Assembly (NCBI GenBank): GCA_907165135.1
Contig: OU015566.1
Span: 11,036,001 to 11,100,000, forward strand
Length of the DNA: 64,000 nt
DNA from: Oikopleura dioica
Lineage: Eukaryota > Animalia > Chordata
Reading direction: 5' to 3'
Shown here piece after piece: positions 1-14,200 of the stretch. The notes below the pieces were generated by a model. That model saw only the letters and a list, made by a program, of their open reading frames with translations, ran no database searches and was not told where the DNA came from. A program made the translations under genes and the position numbers. Positions within the stretch are counted from its first letter, which is position 1. Each line of letters opens with the position of its first letter.

Positions 1-289
1 ATTACTACGTAGATAATGTTCTCTGAGCAGAAAATACTCGTGCAGTCATTCTCTTGATCAGTCATTTGGCACTTGATAAACAAAGATTTGCTTATTATAT
101 TTTTGACGATTTTAAATCTTAGTTCTTACTTGCTCCGAAAACTGCAGATTTGCTTTCTCCTAGGATAGGACCTTCTTGAATTTCGATACCTCCTTTTTTA
201 TTTAAAATACTAAAAGGGAAAACGAAGAAAATGAAGCAATAGGCAGATTCTCTTCTTGATATTTCCAAATTTTGATATCTCTACTTTTA

Positions 290-815
290 GGCTGAGCGAA
301 AAGCAGCTCGATTAGCGGCAAAAGACCAAAAGCTCAACTTTGGTTCGATCAATTCTCAAAGCGAAATCGAGGAAAATATACAATTGGCGATGGACATGAT
401 CCGTGAAAATTACGCACCAGAAGAAGAAGAGGAGGGAAAAGAAGTCGAAATGCTCGGCGACTTTGTTGAATACGAAGAAGAAGAAGAGGAAGAGGAGGAG
501 GAGGAAGCCGAATACTCGGAGTACTACGAAGAAGCTGAATTTTTAGATGAAAAAATGAAAAGACGCGCTGAAAAAGAAGCTCTGAGAAAAGAGAAAAGAC
601 AAATTATTAAGGAATTTAAAGAGGAGCAGAAAAAACTTAAGGAGCTCTCACAACAGTGGAGCAAGGTTAATGTAGCTCTGCAGAATCCTGAGGTTGTCAA
701 TCAGGCTGAACAGGTTGCAACTGATATGGCGATGGATATGGGAATTGGATCGGCGGCTGACTTTGCGGAAGAAGCAAGTTTGAGCGTCATTTTACGTAAG
801 TTTATTGGTGGCTGA
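290..815 (+). CDS. Last exon(s) of an uncharacterised Glu-rich/coiled-coil protein (5' end unresolved)
   Basis: ORF 384-815 (poly-Glu, basic coiled coil). The frame stays open upstream to a tttttag acceptor near 290. No family recognised. Confidence 0.45.
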
Positions 816-2399
816 AGTTTTGTTTAACGCCTCATGATCATCATTTCAAAAGTTGAACGAATTTAGTTTCAGCATCGAAAGTAAAAGCAGATTGCATAAT
901 TGTTTTACAGTAATCATTTTGTATTGGCAATAGTTTTAATTAAGTTTGCTCATCGAATAGTAGGTGCAAAATGTGAGTTCCAAGGAGTTTCATTTTCTCA
1001 TTATTGTGCCTTCTCTTTGTTTTTACTTAATTTTCCGGCACATCGAATAGTAGATCAAACAATCGCAGGCGAAAGTTTTACGCTATATAATAGAGTTTCA
1101 TTTCATATCTTTATTGTTGTGTTTTTGGAGATTCCGATGCCTTTTTATATGCAATCTTGATCGATAGCGATCAATAAGTCGATGCAGTAATCACGCCGCG
1201 TCCGTGAAAATCTAAAAAGACGGCATCGAATAAGCACATTTCTCGCTGGGACTAGACGTCTGGGAAAAGATCGGCAAATCCTTTGTCTGTGCTTTTTAAT
1301 TTCGCACGTTGATTGTCTCATCCGCTCAAGGATCACCGCGTCGGTTTATCCCATCCAAAATCCACTTGGCCCAAAACGACCCCGTCCTACAATTTCTTGT
1401 TGTAGAAATTTATTTCCTTTATTCAGAATCGCTTGGAATCGCCGCTGAACTGTCCTCAACTTCTGTAACAAATTCCTACAAAGACTTCAAGGATAGAAAA
1501 AGCTCGGGAAAAACCCGCGACTCAGCTGACTGGAGCCGTGCTAACAAATTCCACGGAGTAAACCCAGACCATGTGGCTAATCTCATCGTCAAGAATCATC
1601 TGCAGCAGGCACGGGTTCTTCTTTTTCTTGAGTTTTTCAGGCGTTTTCTCACGTTACTGTAGCAAATAGGAAAGTATTGAAACAAATATAGAACTTTGAA
1701 AAGGCGAAAAAATGCAAGACGTGTCGATCGGTAAGTCTTTTAAATTCTAGGAGCGAGGACAACTCTCTGCAAGGATTCGCAGACGAAGAACGACTTGATG
1801 AGAATCTTCTGACATCCGGATGGATTCAAATCGGATTAGGCAGCGCAAACAATACTGCTTGTGATCTCAAGTCCTGCCAGGCCTCAAGCCAATGGTTAAA
1901 CATATACATCGTGTTTTCTGTTAAATTAACACGTCAAAAAAGAGCAAAAAATGAGTTTTCACGATCAGCAAAAAAGGCGCTTTTTCGAAAATAACGCCAT
2001 CAAACGATCAAAAATCAAAGAAACATTTATTGCACAAGCTCCAAGAAAGCCTATTTTAAATAGGTCGTCTTGAATTTTAAGACACTTACCTGTCGAGTCA
2101 AAACCAATTTCACGTTTCTGAATATTTCCATCCCGACGTTTCTACAAGTTTTTGAACTGTTTTTTGCGTTTGCTTATGTGCATATATTCAACCACATATT
2201 TAACCGTGACAGCTACAAACGATGTATCGGCGTCCTGCGAAAGCGCTTCTCAGGTCGGCGGTGGCTAATTAACCCGGCAACGTACAGCGGCACGCGGGGC
2301 GCATTAGGACTCCTTTGAGCGCCTCGATTAGAGTCGAAGCACACTTTTAAAACGTAAATCATTACCTCGTAAGGAAAAAAAGAAACGTGCCTGGGGAAT

Positions 2400-3228
2400 A
2401 GCTTAGACAACGCTTAAAAGCCGTATTATCTCCAGAAATACCACAAGAAGTTAGCGTCGCTATTAATGGAGAAGGATTGGACCGTAAGTTATTTCAAGAA
2501 AATGAAGCTGTTTGATTTCTCAAACTAATTTTAGAAACCGAAAGTTCATTTTTTGATATGTCCCTCTGTTAGAAATTCTAAAACAGAAGATGAACAGCTT
2601 AGCTGATAGTTACAAGAAAAAAGTTCGTGATGTAACGTTGTGAATAAAATTTGACAGGGCGTGACAGTAATCACGCATTTTTCACTTTTCTGCTCGGCCA
2701 CATATTGGCACCATTCAGCAGCTGGCCCGGATTATCCTCTCAGAATTGAAATTTTCGTGAAATTTTTGCTTATTTGACGAGAAAAATGCCGGCACTAGAA
2801 AATAATCATCAGCTGGCTGGGATTTTTTGTATGAACGGGTTTTAGGTGTCCTCACCGTCGAAATTGGCATGCGGGGATCATCCGAGCCGCGGGAGAGGAT
2901 CTTCGAGGTTCTAATCGACGATCCAACCATCGCCAAGCTGCAGAATCTGGCGATTTGCACGACAAAGGGCGCAAGAGCCAAGCTCTCCATTTCAAAGGAT
3001 TGCTGTGGAAACGGTAAGGATTAAATATTTCAAATCGATTCTCAAACTGCTTCTTTTGAAGAGGAAGAGGAAGGACCAAGCTTCTTCACTAACTCGCGAA
3101 GAAATCAAGATTGCAAATTCTCTTGCATGTCGACGTAAGTATCGCCCCTACCCTTATTAGTCTAAAAATTCTTCAGGAATTGCCGAGATGAGTGTATGCC
3201 AAATACTCAATGCGATCGTTGCTTACAA
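2400..3228 (+). CDS. Uncharacterised multi-exon gene (partial model)
   Basis: Short open segments flanked by gtaagt donors (2483, 3134) and a cag acceptor. Spliced end reads ...IANSLACR|RIAEMSVCQILNAIVAYNTIVDHFRRNQHFEIPKNVP*. Confidence 0.3.
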
Positions 3229-5206
3229 CACAATTGTGGATCATTTTCGACGGAATCAACATTTTGAAATCCCTAAAAATGTTCCTTAATTTTTTTATGA
3301 TCCGATGCTTTTTAACCCCTTCTTGATTTTGTTCTTGTTTTATCAAAATTTTTATTAGAATTGGATTAGGGTAAGCATTCCTTACTTAGGAATATAATTT
3401 TAGGGGCTGAAGAAAACATGAGTTTTCACGAGTTTCCGCCGAAAGATGGCGTAGTTTCGTAGTTTAGCCGTTTTACTCCCCTTTCAGTCTGTGAGTGCCT
3501 TGAAATGTCATCTTTCAATGTGTCCTTTGCCGGGCAAAAGAGATCGGTTCTAGTTCCGCCGGTCGGTCATGGTCGCGGATTAGCAACACGATCTCAAGTC
3601 TACTTTCAACCCCGATTCAAGGGTGGCCCATTTAGAGAGCCAAAAATTTGATATTTCCACTTTACTCCAGAAACGGTCCCTCAGCTCGTTACTTTTTTTT
3701 CAGAAACATACATCGTTATTCACTTTCGTCGAAAAATATCTTTGTAAAAATTCTAGCGGTTGAGCGAAATAGTTTTTCAAGACCAAAAACCATAAGCGTC
3801 ATTTTGCGTTCTTTTTCAAAACGGTCAATTAAGGACTTCCCCAGCGATAATTCACATTAACAAAAAGAAGCTGCAAGTAGGTTAAGATTAACCAATTATT
3901 TGGTACACGTCATAAACGAGAAAAAAGTCAAAGGAGGTGAAAATTGCAAAAGATCAACTTGTATCTTCCTTTCCACAAAAACACAAATTCTGTACATAAC
4001 TGTAATTTGAAACAAAAACGCAAACAACCACACTGTAAATACGAAAAAAACAGCACACGAAAAACATGCTTCAACCTGTCTGAAACGAAAAAACGAAACA
4101 ACAGAAGACATAACTTGAATTCATGACTGCCAAAAATGACTCTAACAAAACAAAGCTGATAAAGTTATAATTTTCAACTGTAATAAAGATTACAATTCTT
4201 TTATTCAATCAAAAGGACAGATTTCAATTAAATTATCTTCTTTCTCGAGAAACAATATAAATTTAAACCACATTAGCATCGCAATAGCCTTGAAAGATTG
4301 CGTTTCATTTAAAAAAAATACGATTTTTTATTTTTCATGAACGGTGTTGACAATTTTTGCATTTATATTCATTGCCACGGACAACACCTGACGCCTAAAA
4401 TGCAACATCTGCTCACCAGCTGACCGTGGTATGATGTTCGTGATGCAAGGAAAGATAAACATTTTTCATCTTTTCTCGTTGATAGTTTTATTTTGCTATG
4501 CAGTCTGATGTAGGGTGTAACAAACCAACTGATATATAAGTTTCATTTCATTATCATTCTTGCTTTTAGAAAACAGCTTGCTCTCCTATTTTTAGTTTTT
4601 TTTTTCAGTTTTATTAGTGACGATAAAAATCTTTATGCTCTGAAACTTTTAGAGAGCAATTTAACACAGATTTTTTTGGAAGATTGAGGGCATCAAATTC
4701 GTTAGATGTTGTTTAAATCTGGGTTGGTTTCCTGGACTACGCTCCATACTCTGTTAAGATAACTACCACTTGATCCATTGACGGACACAAGCTGCTGTGA
4801 TCTGGCTTTGTCCCCAAAATCTCTCCAAGTGCGATTCCGCACTCTTTACTATCCTTTTTCAATTTGCGTAGAATTAAAAAATATCAAGATAGAAAAAAGA
4901 AAAGAAGAAAAGAGAAGAACTCTAAGATCCAAGTGTTTCTCAATATTTCGTCCATCGACAATCGAGGTTGATAGATATGAAAGTATTCGCTCTAGATTTT
5001 TAATTTTATTATAATTAGCATTATAAAATTTCCGATTTTTGATAATTTAGGAAAACTGGATCGTTTGGTGTCGGCTTCATGAAAATGATGCGGGGATAAT
5101 TTACAAACAGCGCGGTTTTGGTGAACAGGGAGATTATCACCCATTATTATTGCGTTGGAAGGTCCTTGACGAGTGCGCCGAATTAAAATAATCCAACCGT
5201 CGGGAG

Positions 5207-8200
5207 ATGTATTTTTCCGATGACGATCGAGCGTCCGTCAATTCTCAAAACAAAAGATACGTTTGGGGCAATATCAGACAAGTCCACTCAGGTACTCCAA
5301 AAAAGACAGAATTAGGGACAACTTTTTTGCTAAGCAGATAACGAGGCTCGCTTCGACGATGGAGGTTACCACTCTAAGAAATCTCTCCTTCCGAAGCGGC
5401 ACCGACAAGGGGGTAGAATTCGCGAACGCCCTTTGCTAAGTGGAAACACTTCGAAAACAACATACTTAGAGCAGCCTATAAAGCCTAGAGTTGTCACAAT
5501 CTTGCTGCCGGAAAAGTTCAATCATGACTACCCTCCTTTCTAAAGCAAGAAAAAGGGTTGAACTTTGGAAAAGACAAAAACTCGGCCTTACAAGAAAATT
5601 GCGCTTTTATTGAACAGAAGATCCGCGTCTAGTTTGGAGCAATTACTCATTGATATTACTGAAGCTTTTCAGATTCCAAGGCAGAAGGGATGAAAAAATA
5701 TAATTGAGTAATTTTGTGGTTTTTAAAAGATGTTTTTTCATCCAGTCAAAGATGGCCACGGCTTTAAAGAAAAACTAACTAGTTAGTTGATCCGCTTTTG
5801 AGAAAATATTTTGCCTGATTTGACAAGAAAAGCGCCTTGAAGGCGGAAATCCAGCTCAACTGAATGTCCGAAGCTGCCAGCCAGTTTCAAGTGATCTTGA
5901 ACTTATCTATTTCGATTTCATTGGTTTAATTAAACCCGGATATACTCAAGTCTGTCTTTAGTACTGCCGCAGCCAAGGGTCATCAAGGAACATCTTATTG
6001 GAGAAGGGCTTGTATCAGGGTTTATGATAAGGGAAGACATCCTTATCGATATACAGCTTTACTAGAAATTCTTTAGAGGGCTGAGCTCATGTAATCGAAG
6101 CTTTTGGAAATCCACACTAATTAATTAGTGTTTTTAGATAAAGTGTTTTTACGAAATGAGCTCTAGGCCTTAGAAGTCGGAGACTTGTGCGTTAACTCTA
6201 ACTAAAGTTGTCACTTTTGTTTTATTAAAATAATGCAAATGCAGTCGGTTCAGATGATACAGCTTGAAATAATTGTTGCGAGACCTCGACATAACTCCAT
6301 AATAGCTTAAATATTTACTGTAGAGGTTTTTCTGCTTTTTATGGTGTCTAGTTTGTGTCGTATATCAGCGGACGTTACTGCTTGGAATTAATGAATGTTG
6401 CCGGTTGTTCCAGCTCAATTTTAATATAAATTTAAATTTCTTTTCTCATTTTTATGGTTTCATATTTTTATAACAAGTAACAAGGTATAACATGAATTTT
6501 AAAAGTCGATTAAAAGCACAACGACCACGTGAGAAAGCTGTTCACACTTCGAGGGAAAGAAATCAAGACGCTGGCGGATATCTTCCGCGCGCCGGGAACG
6601 GACTTCTAAACTGCCACCCGCAAAGTGGATTTATAGTTGAAGCTTTGGTGAAGTCCCGCAATTAGAACCAGCCTTTATTGCGATCGGACGTGACGAAGTT
6701 ACCAATTCAATTCTCGCCACCGCTATTCAAGTAGGCACTAAGAAACTCTTCTGTTGCTAAAACGTGTTTTCTCATACTTTTTATCCTAATTTACTAAATT
6801 GTTATTTCCATAGGAGCTGAACCCAACATCTTCGGGCGCAATCAAAGCCGCAGAAAAGCACTGGGGTCAAAAAATCACCAACCCTACTCGAGACATGAGA
6901 GTCACAAGAATGACGAACCATTTGGTCCCTCCAGTCAATTCCAGAGCGCCGAAGAAATTCACCAGTCCTGGGAGAAGCGAATCTCCTCGGAAATCCAGGT
7001 CACAGGCAAAACTTCAAAACCAGAAACAAGCCAAATCGCAGGATATCTTCACCGTCAGGATGGGGCTGTACCGGAAATGGAGATGATTAAAGAACACTCT
7101 TTAGCTAATTGCCGTCATGTTTCTTCATCTTGAAGCGGGGGGATGTTGGAAGAAGGGAATTAACGGCATATAATTGGGAATTAACAGCCCCGAGAAGTCC
7201 TGATGTTTATAGCACAAAGCTGACTGAGTTGGATCGTAGAAGTCAGGAGAGATTCTTTTATCGGATATATTGTTAAAATGTTACGTAACCACGTCCATAT
7301 AAGCCCAATTAGAGAAACTGTAGTATATTTATCGATGGCTATTAGTATTTAATTTATAAATCGATTCTTAAAACAATAAGATTATGCTCTTCGTCCTATT
7401 GAAAGTTAAAACAATCTTACAAAGGAAACTCTACGGCGTCTAGAAGCTCATATCAGGTCAGCAAAATAATTCTTTCTCGGTTGATGGCTAGAAGCCACTT
7501 GATGCCACGTTCAAGGGCCAAATGTTTTATAATATTATCCCAAATGATTTCACAGTGTTAATTTTAGAACCCGCGAACTTGAGCTCAAAGAAAAGCAAGA
7601 AGAGGAGCTCAATAACATTAAAAAGAGTCTGCTAGATGTGATGAAGGAAAAGGAGGGCAGTTATTATCAACGGAAAAATGAAATAATGAAATACGGATTT
7701 TCAAGTTGAAAAAAAAAGAATCAATCAAAAAATTTTTAATCGAAAAATCACTTGAAAATCCGAGATCAGCTACAAGAACAACGGTTAGAAAGCCTCATTG
7801 AACAACAACGCCAAGTTTCCGGCTCAAGAACAACCAGCTGTGCGCCCTTAGTCTAGGATGTTTATTGTATAAGTTCGGATGAGTTAAAGATTCTTGAGCC
7901 GCGCTCTAAGAGTACTTGGACATGCAGCGTGAGTCCCAGGCGCGGCATTCTAAACAACCACTCGAGTGAACAAAGTTTTATTACCGTATTTTCTATTTCG
8001 AGCAACATTTTGTCAAAAAGAAAGCCGCAATGTCAGGATAATTATGTAAGAAGAAGGGATGAATTGGAAAAACTGGAAATTGAAAGGAATGGAGATTTTC
8101 TCCCAAAAAATTATCTTCTAAGATTCTTATTTGGCCGATTGATGGCGCTTTTTCCACAAAAATCGACCAATCAAAAGGTCAAAAATGGCCCTGAATATTC

Positions 8201-11200
8201 AGCAAATTTGCAGCTTGAAATATCAGCTTTTTACGAATCCGTTGTTATGCCACTTACGCGCCAGGGAGTTAAGATTATCCATGTAAGAATTAATTCAAGA
8301 ATTTCGGTCTAGAGTGCACGTTTTTTATCAATTAGAGAGCTCGACCCTGATCGCCCGCTAATTGCACAATAAGCAGCGAGTTTTTGCTCTCCCGCTGTTA
8401 TCAAGGGCGACCCGCTGGTCTTATCACTTTTGAGTTTATCCCCCGCTGTGCTAACCGCTTGGTCATTATGTTAATTTGTACATATACTTTTCATAACGAT
8501 ACGGGGTTTGAGTTGTACAGGTGCGTTTGCTCTAGAAACGTGGCTTATGTGAATTTCATACCGAATTTTAAACCATCCAGTCCTGATACCGGCCTGTTTA
8601 AGACCTTTTTAAGATGACCGGCTTCGAGATAAAAAGTTAGGCGGCTAGATAGACAAAGAACGTGGGACGCAAAGCGGATTACTTCACGTAAACCTTTGAA
8701 GAACTATTAAAAACGGATTAAGCGTCATTCTATCGCAACCGCGCTCTCCAATATTGAGTGGAGCTGGCCACCTCTTGCGAAATCGTAAAAGATTAGCTGA
8801 GTCACTATTGTAAGCTTTTTTATAGAAGGTCTTTTTGGCGAAAAAAACGGTTGTCATGGTCGGTTTTTATACTGGTTAGCAATAATGAAACAGCGCCACC
8901 TCAGTTCGAATCAACAGCCAATCAGAAACCAGGCGGGAAGATACTCGAATCTGATTGGCTAAGAGATGCTTGCGTCGTAATAGAAACCCAAAAGATACAT
9001 GGCGGAGTTAATATAAACAATATGCTTCCGGTCGGAAGGCTTTATGGAATGATATTGAGAATGGATTTCTTCCCTTAAAGAGTTTTTCTCTTCTGAAAAT
9101 TGTGAGATTATTTACGGAGAGCGACATGTGCAAAGCTGGGAGTGGAAAACTGCAGCGATTCCTTTTTCTTTCAAAAGCTTTTCTGAATTCGCGAGATTTC
9201 TTTCAGAGTAAGAAATAAAATTTCAATGGCTTAGGAATAGTGACAAATACGTGAATATAGAAAAGTTATTTTATTAAAAATAAAAAATAGAAATGGAAAA
9301 TAGAAAAATAATAAATATAAAAGGCTTAAAAATAACGAGATCTGCATCTCACACAAAATCGTAGGTCGCGGCATGCGTATAGGACTTGTCTACAGTCCTC
9401 GCACAGGATCATCTTGCGACAACATCTTGTGACGTAAGTCGCATCTCGCGTCCAGCAGCACCAACATCGCCCCATCAATGGCCCCGGCTCGTAATTCTCC
9501 TCTTCAGAAGAAGAAGAGATTTGAATGGTCTCTTGAAATACTCGTTTCGAAGCTTGTCGGGATGCTGTGTTCGCGAAAGAGTCTTCATCTAAAAACAAAA
9601 TGTTAAGAAAATTTAGAGTTCGACGGTATACCTTCAGAGTCGCTTATTACTATAACTTGATCTCGAGAACAATGCGGTTGTTCCTCCTGTTTCTTTTTCA
9701 TCTTCTCTTTCGCAGAGTTTTTTGTTCGAGTTCGGGGCTTCTTTGGCTTCTTCAGAGTAGATTCTTTCGGTTTTCTATCTTGCTTTTTCGGAGCAGACGG
9801 TCGCACACGCATGTAATTCGTCTTCTTTGGTTTCTTCTTCGAAGGTCCATTAAGAGAAGTCGCGTCCTAGATTTTTGTATGGAATTCGTTAACGGTTTAT
9901 TTTACCTTTTCTTTTCTTTCTTTTCTAGCGTGCATCATTTGGTGCATTATTCGATTTTGTTTAGGAACATCGTTGCCACAAATTTGACAGAAGAAGAAGT
10001 CATCATCGCTTGAGTCGACCATTTGACGATTTGAAGTCAAGTAAGGATAACAAGGAAGAAGAAGAAAACGTTCTAGAGACAAATACAAACAATCGAACAA
10101 ACAACTTCCACGTCAACAACAATAATTTTTCAATGAGAAAATGAGGGAATGCATGCTAGCGGTAGACTTGAATGCGTAATGGATGCACTTGAGCCTGCGC
10201 TTTCTAGCCATGTCAATTAAAAATTGATCGGAGAGAAACTCGACGAGCTAGAGACATTTGAAACCTTATTTCCTCGAAAAATGAGAGCAATTTTAGCCTT
10301 TTCGAAAAATTGAAAACTCTCTTTGAAAAGCATGTAGTTCTTATGCTACTCAAGAAAGTACAAGAGATTTTATCCGGTACAGGTTTCGTAATTACGATTT
10401 TCGTCCGTTTTTTGCCAAATAATCGGTTGCGAAGTGGTTATTTTTACATTCGATCTCGAGAACACGGACCTAGAATTTTCAAAACAACAAATTTGAAAAC
10501 AGCAAAAACCGAGCTTTTTGGCTTTTTCTCTGAAAAAGAGATGAAATCAAATCATTAATTTAAAAATGTAATGGTATATTGCGTGCTTGGTTGAACAGTT
10601 AGATCAAGAACTTCCAAAGAAACCTCCAAAGAATCCCTTTTTCTTCGGGCTCTCTTGGACACATTCGTCTGCAAAAAGTTAAAAGATTTGTTTTACTGAA
10701 AAGTAAAAGCTTTAAATCTTTTAAACTCTTGTCAAAAGGATTCGCTGCGTTTGGGTCTTTCATTCCATACTTCGTTCTAATCGACTCGTATCTTTTCTGA
10801 CGATTTTCATCAAAATTATCTGAAAATAGAAACGAATTTTCGAATTTCACCGAGCTAACCTTCGCGGATTTTCAATCCTTTCGCGACTGCAGCTTCCTTC
10901 TTGTACTTGTCTTTCTTCTCTTCCAAGGACTTGATTTTGTCTTCTTGATTTCTGATCTTGTCTTGGAGCTTTTCGATCTTCTTCTTTTGCTCGGAGTTCT
11001 CAAGAAGAGTGTCTTCCAGCATCGTGTCCCTACAAAGCCATTTTAGCGTCGAAAGAAAAGTTTTAAAGTTTTTTTGATTTAGTCATTTAGAAGGAGAATC
11101 TTTAACTCAATCTTCTGAGTCCCTAAGTAATCAATTCCAGCCTCAATAACCTTCTCACTGAAGAGATAACTCAACCAAGGCGCCTTATTCACCACTTCCT

Positions 11201-14200
11201 GGATCTCTTCCAGCCAACTTTCAGTCAAAACAACAAATTGTTCTAGAGTCAGCGCTTTTAACTCTAACAAAAGCTCAATCGATGGTCAGGCAGCTTATTA
11301 CGGCTTTCTTCGATTTTACCTTTTGAATTAACGATTACTCATTCCAGCGGAAACTTGAGCCTCAATATCGATCGGCTTTGCGTTTTTGTACTCGCGCTCG
11401 AGTTGTCTTCTAGTTCCTCGGCACCCTTGAACTCGACCGAGCAGTTGAAACATTCACCGATGCTTTCATGGCCTAAAACAAGTTGAACATGTTTGGTAAA
11501 GTAGTAAAGCTTTAAGCTCACCAGAGTCGAAAGAATCCGAGGACATCTCTTCACTCATCTTTGTCTTCTTAGGGGATATTTCCATATCTTCCATGCTTTC
11601 ATTAATCAGCTTTTCCGACATTTGAACGCTCAATACCTTGTCCAGGAACGCAAAGAACTCTGACTTTTTAGTTGAATCTACATTCAAACTGAACTCGTTG
11701 GCAGCTTTTGTAGTGCGGGAAGAGGTAACTAAACCACAAGATTACCCAGCATCCATTCGGTTTTCGCCCGTGTCGATGAGTAACGAAATAGTCCAATCTT
11801 TGGAGTCGTGTGCTGTTGCTTTTGGTTCTCGATAAAATTTGTGACTCTCTTTGTAGGCTTCAACATCGTCACCAGTTAATTTGATTCGAGTTACTTGAAT
11901 AGAAAAACGGAAAATCTAATAGGAATGTAATATCCAGTGGAAGCTCCCTCGCATGAAACGATTATGAAACAATACATAGATTTACTGTTGAGCTAGTTCT
12001 TAACTCTGAATTTGAAGCGTTGAGTCGATTGTTAAAATTCCTCAGTCACTCCGACCATTGAATTCATTTACTATTTATGAACAAGCCTTCATTTTCCCTT
12101 TGATTGTGAAGCTTTTCAATACTTTCGAGATTTTGTGAAGAGTTTTCGCGGTAATATGGCCGGCAGTATTGTGCTCCATTTCGAATGGATCCGCAATGTT
12201 GAGAACAGCAGCTTTGAATAGTTGCTCCGTTAATTGTAGGAACTGAAGAAATCCGAAATGTTTGAATTGACATCGGATCTTATTTTGACGACAATATCAG
12301 GCTCGACTGAGCTGAGCCAATGCGAAAAAGAAAAGAGTACATGGCGATCAGAGTAGAGTAGGTCGACAATCGACCAGCTTTGCTCAGCTCACCGTGTGAA
12401 AAGATAAACTTGGTCATCTTCACTAAAACAAAAATTTTTCTTTGCCAAAAAAATGATAGCGTTCCAAGATGAAGAAAAAGATGATCTCTAAAACAGGTTT
12501 CGAAGAAACGCGTATTCACCGAAGCAGCAGTATTTCCGATGGAGATCTCAAGCTTTTTCCCGCTCAGATTCATCCGAATAACCGGCTTTCGAGCTCCAAT
12601 AACGGCATGTACACTGGAGATAGGTAGAGTCTTTGACAAGGAAACAATCTTTCCGGTGATAAAAAGAACAACGGCTGTTTGATCGCGTTCCTTGCGCGCG
12701 GAATGAGGCTCGTAGCGAACTGTCTTGCGGACAATCTCAATAAACTTCTCTTGCATTCAACACTCACTTCTTGCTTTCCTCTACTCCCAGCCTCAGACTT
12801 ACTTATACCGTAAATCGTTTCTCATGCCTCATCGCTATCTTCCCTATCTCATGAAACACTCATCCCTCTTCATTTTCAAACTTAATCGGGCGAAGAGCGC
12901 GCTTTGTTCACATTTCCAATCTGCGTTGTTTGTTTTTATTTTTTTTTTATTTTTTAGAATAAAAACTCACGCGACACTTTTGAACAAAATCGAACAGAGA
13001 TTTCCAGTTTTCAGAATACATGTAAAGATGAAAGTAGTGAGAGCGCTGGTTGGGTTTGGAGTTATTCATCTTCTTGAAGTTCTGAAAACAGTTTATTTTC
13101 GAAAAAAAAACGATCCTACCATTAATAAGTCGAGCGATGAGCATTTTTCTTTCTGGCTCCGCCCGATCTCTCGCTGTCTCCAAAAATACCAGTAATGATG
13201 GTATTTCTTGACGAGCTGGAATTAGGCTCGACAAGAAAATGGTCTCAGATTTGACCTTATTCAGGACCCTGACTCAGGTTTTCTATACAGGATGCCGAGC
13301 CCAGTCTTCGAACGCCTCGTTTATACGGGCGATGTCTGCCCTCCCGATCCTTTCCTCCCTTCGTTGTTGTAGTTGTCGTCGTCGTTGTTGTTCCTGCCAC
13401 GCCTCATAAATCGGCAACACTCGCGATTTCTTTTCAAAGTATTTAAGTTAGAATTTCATTTAAATTAAATGGAACCGACCTGCGATCCATTTTTGTTATA
13501 CTTCACTCTAAGTGTCCCCTTCTCCAAGTTCAAATCCTTGTATCCTATTATAGGATACGAGTCCCAGTTTTCAGCCCGAGGACGAGCCTCACGGAAATAA
13601 GGCCCGTACGCGTCAACGTCCACGTTGTTGGGCGCCCGCTCGCAAATTTTCAAGTGGTTCTAAAATATATAAAAGAAAATTTCAATAAATTCACCTTTTG
13701 AGACCGCGCGGCTACCACCGTCTCGCAAAAACTGCATTTGTATTTTTTCTCGGCCCAAGTTCGCATTTTTCTTCTGATTGATCATGAAGATGGGGCTCTT
13801 GAGCAGTTAAAAACAATTCTAGAAACTGGTCCGATCCCAAAAATACCTCAAAAATGGTCCCGATCCCAAAAATACCTCAGAAATCAACCCGATCCGAAAA
13901 ATACCTCTCAGAACCGGCCCGATCCCGAAAATACCTCAGAAATGGTCCCGATCCCAAAAATACCTCAGAAATCGGCCCGATCCGAAAAATACCTCTAAGA
14001 ACCGACCCGATCTCAAAAATACCTCAGAAATGGTCCCGATCCCAAAAATACCTGAGAAATCGGTCCGATCCCAAAAATACCTTCAGTGATCGGTCCGATA
14101 GCAATAAAACCTTCAAATTTTGAGTCAATTTCCGAAGATTTATTAAAATTTCAATGCAGTTGATACAGAATAAGATGTTGTAAATAAGGAATTCATTTGA

